From a virus (taxonomy: Duplodnaviria > Caudoviricetes): a stretch of 31,948 nucleotides of DNA. Shown in pieces: positions 8,366 through 17,166 of the stretch. Numbering within the stretch: the first letter of the stretch is position 1; every line of letters begins with the position of its first letter. Where the stretch lies: the IMG/VR virus record IMGVR_UViG_3300023116_000201, positions 1 to 31,948 of that record. One strand, written 5' to 3'. The translations under genes and the position numbers were made by a program. Under the pieces are notes generated by a model. That model was given only the letters and a program-made list of their open reading frames with translations. It ran no database searches and had not been told where the DNA came from.

Positions 8366-9063
8366 TGCCTTTACCTAAAATTACTACTCCAGTTTATGAA
8401 CTGGAGGTGCCTTCGTCAAAGAAAAAATTTAAGTATCGCCCCTTCCTAGTGAAGGAACAAAAGGTTCTCATCATCGCCATGGAATCTGGTGATGAGAAGC
8501 AAATCATCGAAGCCATCACGACAATCTTCAAGAACTGTATTTCTACGCGGTTCAGGATGGAAGATCTCGCTATCTTTGATGTGGAATATATCTTCCTTCA
8601 ACTTCGTGGTCGTTCAGTGATGGAAATTATTGAACTTGAAATTCCCTGTGATGATGATGAAGATGTAAAAGTTCCTGTGACATTCCCAGTAGATGCTGTA
8701 CAGGTTCAGTTCCCTGAAGGTCACAATAGAGTCATCAAACTGACTGATGACATTGTTGTTGAAATGAAGTACCCCAATCTGGAATACTTTGCTAAGGTGA
8801 ACTTTACTGAGGAAGAACCAGATCCATATGATCTTGTAGCCACATGTGTTGACAGGGTATATGAAAATGGTGAAGATTGTGGTTCCTTTAGCCCCGAAGA
8901 AGTAAAAGATTGGCTTGAGACTCTAACTAATGATCAGTTTGAAAAAGTTCAAGACTTCTTCAATACTATGCCTGTGCTGAAGCATGAAATTACGGTGACT
9001 AATCCGAACACTGGTGTTAAGACCACCGCTGTTCTGGAAGGTTTGGCTAATTTTTTCGGATAG
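8365..9063 (+). CDS. gp26: Baseplate hub subunit/assembly chaperone, annotated gp26-like in cyanophages
   Basis: MPLPKITTPVYELEVPS, YRPFLVKEQKVL, FDVEYIFLQLRGRSV, FFNTMP.L and terminal LEGLANFFG. Confidence 0.9.
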   Translation: MPLPKITTPVYELEVPSSKKKFKYRPFLVKEQKVLIIAMESGDEKQIIEAITTIFKNCISTRFRMEDLAIFDVEYIFLQLRGRSVMEIIELEIPCDDDEDVKVPVTFPVDAVQVQFPEGHNRVIKLTDDIVVEMKYPNLEYFAKVNFTEEEPDPYDLVATCVDRVYENGEDCGSFSPEEVKDWLETLTNDQFEKVQDFFNTMPVLKHEITVTNPNTGVKTTAVLEGLANFFG

Positions 9064-9080
9064 CCCTCTTCCATGAGGGC
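9036..9080 (+). promoter_or_regulatory. Candidate -1 programmed ribosomal frameshift signal
   Basis: GGAAGG 9036-9041; slippery T_TTT_TTC 9051-9057 in the correct phase; 5-nt spacer; hairpin GCCCTC-TTCCAT-GAGGGC 9063-9080. Confidence 0.72.
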
Positions 9081-9251
9081 ATTGAGAGATTCTATAGTAC
9101 CAATTTTGCTTTACTACAGCACCATAAATATACATTAGCTGATATTGAAGGCATGATCCCGTGGGAACGGGATGTTTACGTTAATATGCTTGCTAAGTGG
9201 CTCAAAGAAGAACGAGAACGCATAGAGGAACAAAAACGTAAGCGCAAATGA
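9051..9251 (+). CDS. gp51: gp51-like baseplate hub assembly segment, absent from the ORF track and probably reached by -1 frameshift from gp26
   Basis: The -1 frame reads RIALFHEGIERFYSTNFALLQHHKYTLADIEGMIPWERDVYVNML...KRK*, with TGA at 9249-9251 overlapping the next ATG. NF.L.QHHKY...MIPWER..Y is the gp51-like motif. There is no ATG/GTG/TTG in frame before the motif. Confidence 0.82.
   Translation, partial: FFRIALFHEGIERFYSTNFALLQHHKYTLADIEGMIPWERDVYVNMLAKWLKEERERIEEQKRKRK
9123..9130 (+). promoter_or_regulatory. Possible late promoter box CATAAATA inside the gp51-like frame
   Basis: Same octamer as at 7610 and 7644, about 120 nt upstream of the 9248 gene. It coincides with the H-K-Y codons, so it could be a coding artefact. 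Confidence 0.4.
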
Positions 9252-11878
9252 GCAAACTCCGCCTATCTAGATTCTTTGGTGCCAAACTGACTAAACCGTC
9301 AGTGGGGACGCTGAAGGCTGCGGACAAGATGCTTCAGACGGAGCATGAGTATCTGACATTCCTGAGGAATAAGAAGAAATTCTTCTTCATGACTCAGATT
9401 CAGCAAACTCGTGTTCAGGTTGCTAGGAAAAGGAAAGGAGCAGGAGAAGAAGAAGCAGCAAGCCGTGGTGGTCTTAGATTACCTAGACTTCCTCGTGGGA
9501 GACGAGGACGTACAGGTAGAAAAGGTAGATGGGGAAGTAGAGGTAAAGGGACTCGTATCGGACGCTTTATGCGTAACGTCCGAGCGAAAGGTTTGCGTCT
9601 TGGTAGAAAATTCAAAAGAGGACCTGTTGGTAGAGGTCTAGACTTTGTTAAGGGAAAGGGAACGCAACTTGGCAGAAATGCTAGGGCTTTCGGACTTCGC
9701 AAAACTAGAGGAATTGCTCGCGGTGCTAGAGCATTACCTGGAGTGGCAAGAGCAGCTGGTCCTAGAGCTCTTCAAACAGGAGGTAATGTCCTTAGTAAGG
9801 GCAAGGGCATGTTTGGCGCCCTAACCAGATCTCCATTAGGAAAAACTGTTAGTAGATTTCTACCTGGAGCAAACGTTGCTATCGGTGGTGCTATCACCGC
9901 GTCTAGATTAGCATCAGGTGATTACGGCGGCGCACTGTTGGCTGCTGGTAGCATGATCCCTGGTCCAATCGGCTGGGCGTTCTTGGGTGCTGAGTTGCTC
10001 GGTCCAACTCTGTCCAAGCTTGGCAAAGCCAAGATGGACAATGTGATTGCTGCTGATGATGACCGACGCAAAGGACTTGCTGAAGCACCTAGTACAGCAG
10101 GATTGTCCGCTGGCGAACGTGAGGCTTTAGTTCAGGGTTCTCGAATCCAAGATGCTGGCGGTTCTGGTTCTTTCAATGGTCTAGGTAGTCAGATTAATGA
10201 CCCACTGGGACTGCGATCTGTTCCTGGACTTTCTGAGGGTGGAGTTGTTAGTTCTGCTACCCGTGCTCTGATTGGTGAGGGTGGTGAGCCTGAGGTAGTC
10301 GTTCCTCAGTCTAAACTGGGTGAAATGTTTGGTAATCTCATCAAGCAAGTTGGTGGGATGTTGGGTGGCGTCACAAGGGGATTCTTACAGAGTCTCCCTA
10401 CACCCGACCAATCACAATCTGGTGTACAGAGTGAACTTTCTCAACTTAACAGTCAATTTGGTGGACTAGGTGGATACCCAGTCATTAGAATGTTTAGTGG
10501 CGGTAAGGTTCCTAACCTTTTGAATGACATTGGTAACAAGATTAAAGGTCTTCTTGGTGGTATAGTCAGTGGTGTTCTAGGTGGACCTGCCTATGCTGGT
10601 GGTATGGGCATCGGTCCTGGTAGTCCCTACGGTGGCGGCAGTCCCTACGGTGGCGGGGGTGCTCCTACTTCTATTACTGGACTCACTCCTGGTAAGTGGG
10701 GACCTCTGCTGGATTTGATTGCTGGTAAGGAATCTGGTGGTAACTATGAGGCGATGTATCCCTCAACTACACTTCCTGGCGCCACAAAGATGACTATTGC
10801 TGAGGTAGCGAGAGTCGCTACTGGTGCGGTTGGTAAGTATCAGCAACTTCCTAGGTTCTTGATTGGTAGAGCCAAGGCAGCAGGATTGAATCCTGCTACA
10901 GATTTGTACAGCCCACAGAATCAAGATCTTATCGTAACTAAGGTCAACATTGGACAGAATCGTCGTGGTGACAAGTGGTTGCGTGGTGAAATCTCTGATG
11001 AGGCTTTCATGGACGGACTCGCTTATGAGTTCGCTTCACTTCCCGATGCCCACGGTAGATTCAAATACCCTGGGCAGTCAAGTTCAATGTCCCCTGGTAG
11101 AATCAGGCAAGCACTACAGAAAGTAAAAGGTGGTGGTTACAGTCAGAAGGAAATGCAATCTTCTGGTAACGCCCATACTGCTATGGCAGCAGCGGCAACA
11201 GCACCTGGATCTACTGTTAGTGGTGCTGGTAAGACTGGCGGTGGTAAAGTTTCTGGATTCCCAATTACAAGTTATTATGGACCACGTTGGGGGAGACTAC
11301 ATGGTGGTGTAGACGTTGGAACTCCTGTAGGGACTGGATTGTCTCTTTCTGAAGAGGGAGAGATTGTTTATGCTGGAAGGCATGGGAGACCTGGCAGTGG
11401 TTATGGAAACATGATTGATGCCTGGCTTCCTGGATCTGGTGTTCAGATTCGCTTGGCACACCTTTCTCAGATTGTAAAGAGAACTGGTAAGTTCAAAGCA
11501 GGAGAGATGTTGGGTAAGACTGGTGGTGCTAAGGGTGATCCTGGTGCTGGTAGTTCTACAGGTCCACACCTTCACTTTGAGGCAGATAGGACTAAAGGTG
11601 GGTCAAAATATGGCGGATCTGGTAATCCACTTCCATATGCTAGTAAAATTGTTTTGGGTAGTGCTAAACCAGCCAATTCAAACAATAACAAGGGTGGACA
11701 AGCACTTTCGCCTAACTCTAAACCCAGTGGCGGTGGTGGTGGACAAATTATTACTGTTCCAATGCCAATTCCACAACCAGTGCCTGTACAAGTAAGGGTT
11801 CCTGTACCAGTTGGTGCTAAAAAACAGCCTAAATTATATGGTATAGACCCATTCTCAGGTCGATACGGAGCTATCTAA
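9248..11878 (+). CDS. Large tail-associated protein (tape-measure/hub-like) with lysozyme-like and M23 peptidase domains
   Basis: R/G/K-rich N-terminus; hydrophobic GDYGGALLAAGSMIPG segment; LLDLIAGKESGGNY...AVGKYQ (lysozyme-like, Glu-Ser); ITSYYGPRWGRLHGGVD...YGN...HL...STGPHLHFE (M23 HxxxD and HxH). Confidence 0.8.
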   Translation: MSKLRLSRFFGAKLTKPSVGTLKAADKMLQTEHEYLTFLRNKKKFFFMTQIQQTRVQVARKRKGAGEEEAASRGGLRLPRLPRGRRGRTGRKGRWGSRGKGTRIGRFMRNVRAKGLRLGRKFKRGPVGRGLDFVKGKGTQLGRNARAFGLRKTRGIARGARALPGVARAAGPRALQTGGNVLSKGKGMFGALTRSPLGKTVSRFLPGANVAIGGAITASRLASGDYGGALLAAGSMIPGPIGWAFLGAELLGPTLSKLGKAKMDNVIAADDDRRKGLAEAPSTAGLSAGEREALVQGSRIQDAGGSGSFNGLGSQINDPLGLRSVPGLSEGGVVSSATRALIGEGGEPEVVVPQSKLGEMFGNLIKQVGGMLGGVTRGFLQSLPTPDQSQSGVQSELSQLNSQFGGLGGYPVIRMFSGGKVPNLLNDIGNKIKGLLGGIVSGVLGGPAYAGGMGIGPGSPYGGGSPYGGGGAPTSITGLTPGKWGPLLDLIAGKESGGNYEAMYPSTTLPGATKMTIAEVARVATGAVGKYQQLPRFLIGRAKAAGLNPATDLYSPQNQDLIVTKVNIGQNRRGDKWLRGEISDEAFMDGLAYEFASLPDAHGRFKYPGQSSSMSPGRIRQALQKVKGGGYSQKEMQSSGNAHTAMAAAATAPGSTVSGAGKTGGGKVSGFPITSYYGPRWGRLHGGVDVGTPVGTGLSLSEEGEIVYAGRHGRPGSGYGNMIDAWLPGSGVQIRLAHLSQIVKRTGKFKAGEMLGKTGGAKGDPGAGSSTGPHLHFEADRTKGGSKYGGSGNPLPYASKIVLGSAKPANSNNNKGGQALSPNSKPSGGGGGQIITVPMPIPQPVPVQVRVPVPVGAKKQPKLYGIDPFSGRYGAI
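10622..10656 (+). repeat. Short in-frame tandem repeat (period 18 nt, two copies) encoding SPYGGG twice
   Basis: AGTCCCTACGGTGGCGG at 10622-10638 and 10640-10656, in a Gly-rich linker. Confidence 0.75.
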
Positions 11879-11882
11879 TTAA

Positions 11883-13430
11883 ATGGCAGAAAGTAATTTT
11901 CCTAGTATAGAAACGGTCCACGAGGTTCTACAGAACCTGGAGAAACTTTTTGAGGATAGAAATAATCTCCTCAATGTGATGTTCCGTGAGGACAAATATA
12001 AGGAGTTTCTGCTCGCTGAGAATATTCAGTCTCTGGTTGAGGCTGATAAGCGTGATGACGCTACCAATAACAGGATCAAAGCTGATCTTGCTGATGGATA
12101 TGAGGTCCTGAAGGCGAGAACTTCACTTAAGAAGTTCTCTAACTTTATTAGTCCTGCCTCTATTCCTCCTCTCGATCTTGAAGAACCTGTTGAGGAAGAG
12201 GATCTACCTACCCAAGTTCAGGAAAAGGCACCTGAGCCTGAGGAAGAAGAGGAAGAAGAGCAAGAGGAACCTGCTACACCCGCTGAACCAAAACCACCCA
12301 GCAGACCTGCCCCTGAGGTAGTGCCACCGCCAGGGTACCCTGCTCCATCTCAAGCAACTCCAACCAAGCTTGCTGAGGGTGGTGTTGTTCCAGCATCACC
12401 TATGATGAACTCCCTGACAGGGAGACCTAAGACTGATGCTACGGGGGTCACTGCTACAAAGAAATCTAGTGTAAGATCTCTTGAGCAGAGTGGTCTTGTA
12501 GGTAAGAAAAATCCAGTACAAAAACTGGTAGATGATCTTGGACTTTCTCAGTATCAGAAAGCACTTGCCAAGGCGATGGGACTGCCACTCAAGGCAGTTG
12601 CTGCTGGTCTTAGTGGACTTCTTGGTAGAATCTCTCTGCCTGGGATTCCAGCATTTGATGCTGTCCAGAAGAACCTGGGCAATATCATGCGTGCTTTTGG
12701 GTTGCCTATTATCAAGCCACCCAGCATTTCTGGTATTCAGAATATCTTCAGTAACGTAGGTAATTTCTTCAGTCAAATTGGTAATAACGTTACCAGTTTC
12801 CTCTCTAATCCACTATCAGTTTTTAGTGGTGGCGGAACTCCTCCTCCATCAGCCCCACCAGATCCCACAGGTGGTGGAGATCCAGAAACACCCGCAACAA
12901 CTACTCCAACACCTCGACGAAGAAATAGAAGAGGTAGATATGTTAGTAGACCTGCTGCTGGTGGTCAGGGTGGACCAGATATGGATCTGGAAAGTCCACA
13001 GGCAGCGGCACCGCCAACTAGCATCAATACTTCTTTCTCCAGTCTTCAGAACTCTTTGATGACTTCTGGGCAACAGATGTCTGCTACTACAAATTACAGT
13101 AGTAGCCTTGTCAGTAGCAATCTTGCTAATGTATTTTCTGCTGGTTCTGGTAGTGTCAACAACCTACAGGACATTAACTTCCTGACCAATCAGGTGTTGA
13201 TGGAAAATGAGGAGTTCTTGTATTCAAATACTGAGAATTATAGTTCTGTTCAACAGAACATCGTAGCAGAGGCATCGAGAAAAGCAACGATGATTGCCAG
13301 CTCTGGAATGAAGAGTATGGGCATCAATGAAAATAATGCGTTGCCACCAACAGAAATCTCAGTAAGTCCATACTTACTGTCTGCGATCACTATCACTAGA
13401 GGCGGCGAGACTTCCCTGGATATTCTATGA
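11883..13430 (+). CDS. Putative virion protein with low-complexity Glu/Pro-rich regions
   Basis: 515-aa ORF inside the baseplate operon; poly-Glu and Pro-rich stretches; LAEGGVV resembles LSEGGVV in the previous gene. Confidence 0.65.
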   Translation: MAESNFPSIETVHEVLQNLEKLFEDRNNLLNVMFREDKYKEFLLAENIQSLVEADKRDDATNNRIKADLADGYEVLKARTSLKKFSNFISPASIPPLDLEEPVEEEDLPTQVQEKAPEPEEEEEEEQEEPATPAEPKPPSRPAPEVVPPPGYPAPSQATPTKLAEGGVVPASPMMNSLTGRPKTDATGVTATKKSSVRSLEQSGLVGKKNPVQKLVDDLGLSQYQKALAKAMGLPLKAVAAGLSGLLGRISLPGIPAFDAVQKNLGNIMRAFGLPIIKPPSISGIQNIFSNVGNFFSQIGNNVTSFLSNPLSVFSGGGTPPPSAPPDPTGGGDPETPATTTPTPRRRNRRGRYVSRPAAGGQGGPDMDLESPQAAAPPTSINTSFSSLQNSLMTSGQQMSATTNYSSSLVSSNLANVFSAGSGSVNNLQDINFLTNQVLMENEEFLYSNTENYSSVQQNIVAEASRKATMIASSGMKSMGINENNALPPTEISVSPYLLSAITITRGGETSLDIL

Positions 13431-14659
13431 CACAAGCCACAGGTAACTTTATACTTCAGGAGTTTGAAGTCCATGTGAATGGGTCTGCCTTTACAGGCTC
13501 GCCCAATCATATCTTGGAGCTTCATTATATTGAAGATATAACCAAGAGCAACAATGTCATGGTGTTGACAGTGAATGACACTGAGACGGCATTTGTATCA
13601 GAACTATTTGGTCTTGAACCAATTAGGATTAAATTTGCTGATCATAGAGGCAATACTATTGTTGCTGACATGATCATCTATGAGATCAAAGATAGAATGA
13701 TTGTTAGTGGGAAGAAGATGAAAGCCAGTCTCTATTGTGTAAGTAGAGATGCTGTCAATAACGCTGCTGCTAAAATCTCCAAGAGATTTGGTAAAGGAGA
13801 TGGGGAAAAGATTTCTAAGATTACCAGTGACTTGCTGAAAAAGACACTCGGATCTAGAAAATCTTTGGACATCGATACTACAGCAACAAAAATTTCTTTT
13901 ATTAGTCCATACTGGGATCCATTTACTATTATTCAGTGGATGGCATGGAGAGCCATTCCTGAAAAGGCAAGTGGGTCTAATGTTAGTGCTGGTTATCTAT
14001 TCTATGAGACTCCAGAGAAGTATCACTTCAAGTCCATGGATGAGTTAGTCAAAGGTGATGTCGTTAAGACAATCAGAGTGAATTATGAGTCTGAGGAAGA
14101 TAATGATGACTTTATTGATATTGAATCTCTTTCTTTGCCTGGTACCAGTGATGTGTTCCGTGGATTTAACCTGGGGTCTTACACCAGTGTTATGATGACA
14201 CTGGACATTAAAGACTTCACATATACTGAGTTGCCTTTTAATGTTAATGAGTATTATTCCAAGATGGAAAAATTAAATCCAGATATGGAATTACCTCAGT
14301 TTTATAGTCTTTTTGGTGAGACTAGCCAAGATAGTTCTCCCACAAGAATTATGAGTTCGGTTATCGATCTCGCTATGTACACTGAGGGAACATACACCCA
14401 AGACTTGACAAAACAGCTCTCTCAGTCTATGCTGAGAAATCAGTTCTTCTTCAACCAATCAGCCACGTTTGAGTATGAAGGTCCAAATGACTTAAGAATT
14501 GGTGACGTGGTTGAGGTACAGACATTTAAGGGGAAATCCTTAGATAAGGACGAACGCCAAAGTGGTAAATATATAGTAGGTAAAATTTACCGCCAGTTTG
14601 TTACTGATCGGGACATGATGAGTACAAGAGTGACACTCTACAGGGATAGTTTGGGATGA
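13427..14659 (+). CDS. Putative baseplate hub protein (gp27/late-control-D-like)
   Basis: 410 aa directly upstream of gp5; YIEDI, P.W.PF..I.W, GYLFYET...YHFKS.D.L and L.IGDVV...SGKYIV patterns. Confidence 0.65.
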   Translation: MTQATGNFILQEFEVHVNGSAFTGSPNHILELHYIEDITKSNNVMVLTVNDTETAFVSELFGLEPIRIKFADHRGNTIVADMIIYEIKDRMIVSGKKMKASLYCVSRDAVNNAAAKISKRFGKGDGEKISKITSDLLKKTLGSRKSLDIDTTATKISFISPYWDPFTIIQWMAWRAIPEKASGSNVSAGYLFYETPEKYHFKSMDELVKGDVVKTIRVNYESEEDNDDFIDIESLSLPGTSDVFRGFNLGSYTSVMMTLDIKDFTYTELPFNVNEYYSKMEKLNPDMELPQFYSLFGETSQDSSPTRIMSSVIDLAMYTEGTYTQDLTKQLSQSMLRNQFFFNQSATFEYEGPNDLRIGDVVEVQTFKGKSLDKDERQSGKYIVGKIYRQFVTDRDMMSTRVTLYRDSLG

Positions 14660-17166
14660 GCGCAAATCTAGAATCCTCAGCACATTTTATTGGTAAAGAA
14701 GGACTCAACTGGTGGATCGGTCAGATTGAAAATGACGGATCAACTCCAGAGGATTACGACTATACTGGTAAAGTAAAAGTCCGTATTGTAGGATATCACA
14801 ATCCATCTAAAGCAATCCTTCCAACGAAGGATCTGCCTTGGGCTACTTGTATTATGCCTGTCACTGAGGCTCAACGTGGTGGTATTGGTAGTATTCATCA
14901 ACTCCAGATCAGTTCTTGGGTTGTTGGATTCTTTATGGATGGGAGTTCGGCGCAGATTCCTATCATCATGGGTACCATCTCTGATGAGAACCCAAAAGGT
15001 AAGTATGTAAAAGAAGGTGATTCTACTAAGGGTTATCAGCCATTACTTCCCCCAGACTATAAACCTAAAAAGCATGGTGAAGGTGGTGGATCTACTGTCG
15101 GTGGTACTGCTTCAACCGTAGCGAAAAAACCAACTGGTCAACTCACAAAACCTGCTGCTGCCACTGGTGGTACTAAGAAGACTGGATCCAATAACCCTCG
15201 TGGCGAAGGATCTGGGCAGACTGACATCCAGAAGAAAGCAGACAAAGATAAATGCTACAGAGTTGACGTAGCTAATGGTAAGTGTGGATCACCTCCAGAT
15301 AAACTTCTAGAGGGACCACTTGCTGAGTTCATGAAGTTTGCTCGTGGTATTGAGAAGAACGAGATCGGTGAGTTTATCAATAGCACTACTGGTAAGGTAG
15401 AAGATCTTGCTGGTGAAATTGAAGCCATTGCTGGTAGAATCCAGCAGATGATGAAGGGTATCCTTGGTAATATTAAGGGTACGGTTCTGAAGGAAGTTGA
15501 GAAGTTTATTCAGAAAACTATCAATGAGATTCAGATTCCGAATCCTGATATTCTAGATCCAGTCAAAGATCAATTAAAGAACTTCAGTGACCTGATCAAC
15601 TGTCTATTCAAACAGATTCTTAATGAGTTGCTACCTGTAATTACAGGTATGCTCATGGATCTTCTTGAGCAGGCTTTGGATGTTACTCTATGCCTAGTCC
15701 AAGATCTTGTCATGGACATGCTTGGCAACATCATGGATAAGGTCATGGAAGGTATCCAGAACATTCTGGGTATTGTTAGTGGTGTTCTGTCTGCTATCAA
15801 GGGTGCCGCTGGCGCTATCCAAGGTCTCACCTCTAAGATCCTGGCTCTGATTGACATGATCTGTGATGGTGATTTGTCTTGTGCCCTTGGACTTTCTACT
15901 TTCGAGACTTGTCATGGTCCCAACGAAAGTGAAGAAGATAAGAATAAGAAGCAGCAATCTCAGTATTCAGATGCTGCTAAGGAAAAAATTAAATCATCTA
16001 AGGCAAGAGTTGTTGGTACTGGTAAGCCAAACTCTCGCGGATATGTACCTGTTGAGATCTACAATCCTGAGACTGGTAACTACGAAAAGAAAGGTCTTAA
16101 TACTAAGACGGGTGAAATTACAGAGGTCGGTGCCTCTGGAACTGGTATCACTTCTGGTAGTTTTGAGAAAGGTAAGTCTCTGGTTGAGAAATTTGATTCT
16201 GTCTACCCAATCCGTGATTCGGATGGTCAGATTCAAATGTCTAGCCTTAACTGTAACCCTGCTAACCTTAATAAGAAGCCATGCTTCCCAGAACTCATCT
16301 TCGATAACGCTCAGTCAACATCTCTTATTAGAGCACTTCCCATCATCGATGATATTGGATCGATTGTTGGTGTCTATATGAAGAACAAAGGTTCTAACAT
16401 CAATACCACTGCTAGTGTTCGTGCCATGTTCACCTGTAATGAGCCAGAGGGCACAGGCGCTAAGATGACACCTATCATTCAGAATGGTAGGATTGACAGA
16501 ATCAGAGTTGATTCTCCTGGTGTTGGATATGGACTTGATCCTGACAATACCTACTGTCCAACAGAGCAGAGAATCTATTTGATTGACAATCTAGAGATTC
16601 AGGATTATGTTGATGAGGGTGGATTCCTGTATGTTGATGAGACAGTACAGGCAGATCCCAACAAACCATTCATGCAAGTTGTGGAGTTCAATTACAATAA
16701 CACTGAACTTGTAGGTATTGCTACTTTGGACAAGGAGCAAACTGTTCCAGCAGGTGTTAAACTGTACACAGCAGGTAATGCTTACAGCTTTATATTGAAT
16801 CCAAAGGAAGTCTTCTATGATCTGGCTATTCCAGCAAATGCCACTGCCATCTATGCTGGTTGCCCAGACTTGATTCCAGTTCTTGATCAACTTGGGATAA
16901 CCAATGTTGGTGAAGGATATACTAATCCTAAGATTGTGATCGGTGACGATGAAATTGGTCACATTCAAACTGACAAGAAGGGTAGACTTCTTGAGCCAGT
17001 CCTAACTGTCAAAGCAGTTGGTAATGTAAGACCTACTATTAAGGATCCTACAGGATATGGAGGTGTACTCGTGCCTACATATAATTACGTTGGACCTACC
17101 AAGTTCAAGGAAATCTACAACCTGAATGAATACATTGATTGTGTTGGTCACCCTGGAGTTAAATAA
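14656..17166 (+). CDS. gp5: Baseplate hub/spike protein gp5, N-terminal OB-fold plus long extension
   Basis: WWIGQIE...GKVKVRIVGYH...DLPWA...WVVGFFMDG..AQ.PIIMG is the gp5 OB domain. It is followed by helical and Cys-containing regions; no T4-lysozyme motif was recognised. Confidence 0.85.
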   Translation: MSANLESSAHFIGKEGLNWWIGQIENDGSTPEDYDYTGKVKVRIVGYHNPSKAILPTKDLPWATCIMPVTEAQRGGIGSIHQLQISSWVVGFFMDGSSAQIPIIMGTISDENPKGKYVKEGDSTKGYQPLLPPDYKPKKHGEGGGSTVGGTASTVAKKPTGQLTKPAAATGGTKKTGSNNPRGEGSGQTDIQKKADKDKCYRVDVANGKCGSPPDKLLEGPLAEFMKFARGIEKNEIGEFINSTTGKVEDLAGEIEAIAGRIQQMMKGILGNIKGTVLKEVEKFIQKTINEIQIPNPDILDPVKDQLKNFSDLINCLFKQILNELLPVITGMLMDLLEQALDVTLCLVQDLVMDMLGNIMDKVMEGIQNILGIVSGVLSAIKGAAGAIQGLTSKILALIDMICDGDLSCALGLSTFETCHGPNESEEDKNKKQQSQYSDAAKEKIKSSKARVVGTGKPNSRGYVPVEIYNPETGNYEKKGLNTKTGEITEVGASGTGITSGSFEKGKSLVEKFDSVYPIRDSDGQIQMSSLNCNPANLNKKPCFPELIFDNAQSTSLIRALPIIDDIGSIVGVYMKNKGSNINTTASVRAMFTCNEPEGTGAKMTPIIQNGRIDRIRVDSPGVGYGLDPDNTYCPTEQRIYLIDNLEIQDYVDEGGFLYVDETVQADPNKPFMQVVEFNYNNTELVGIATLDKEQTVPAGVKLYTAGNAYSFILNPKEVFYDLAIPANATAIYAGCPDLIPVLDQLGITNVGEGYTNPKIVIGDDEIGHIQTDKKGRLLEPVLTVKAVGNVRPTIKDPTGYGGVLVPTYNYVGPTKFKEIYNLNEYIDCVGHPGVK

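Noticed and set aside
12238-12270. GAA/GAG-rich run as a DNA repeat element
   Set aside because: It simply encodes a poly-Glu tract.
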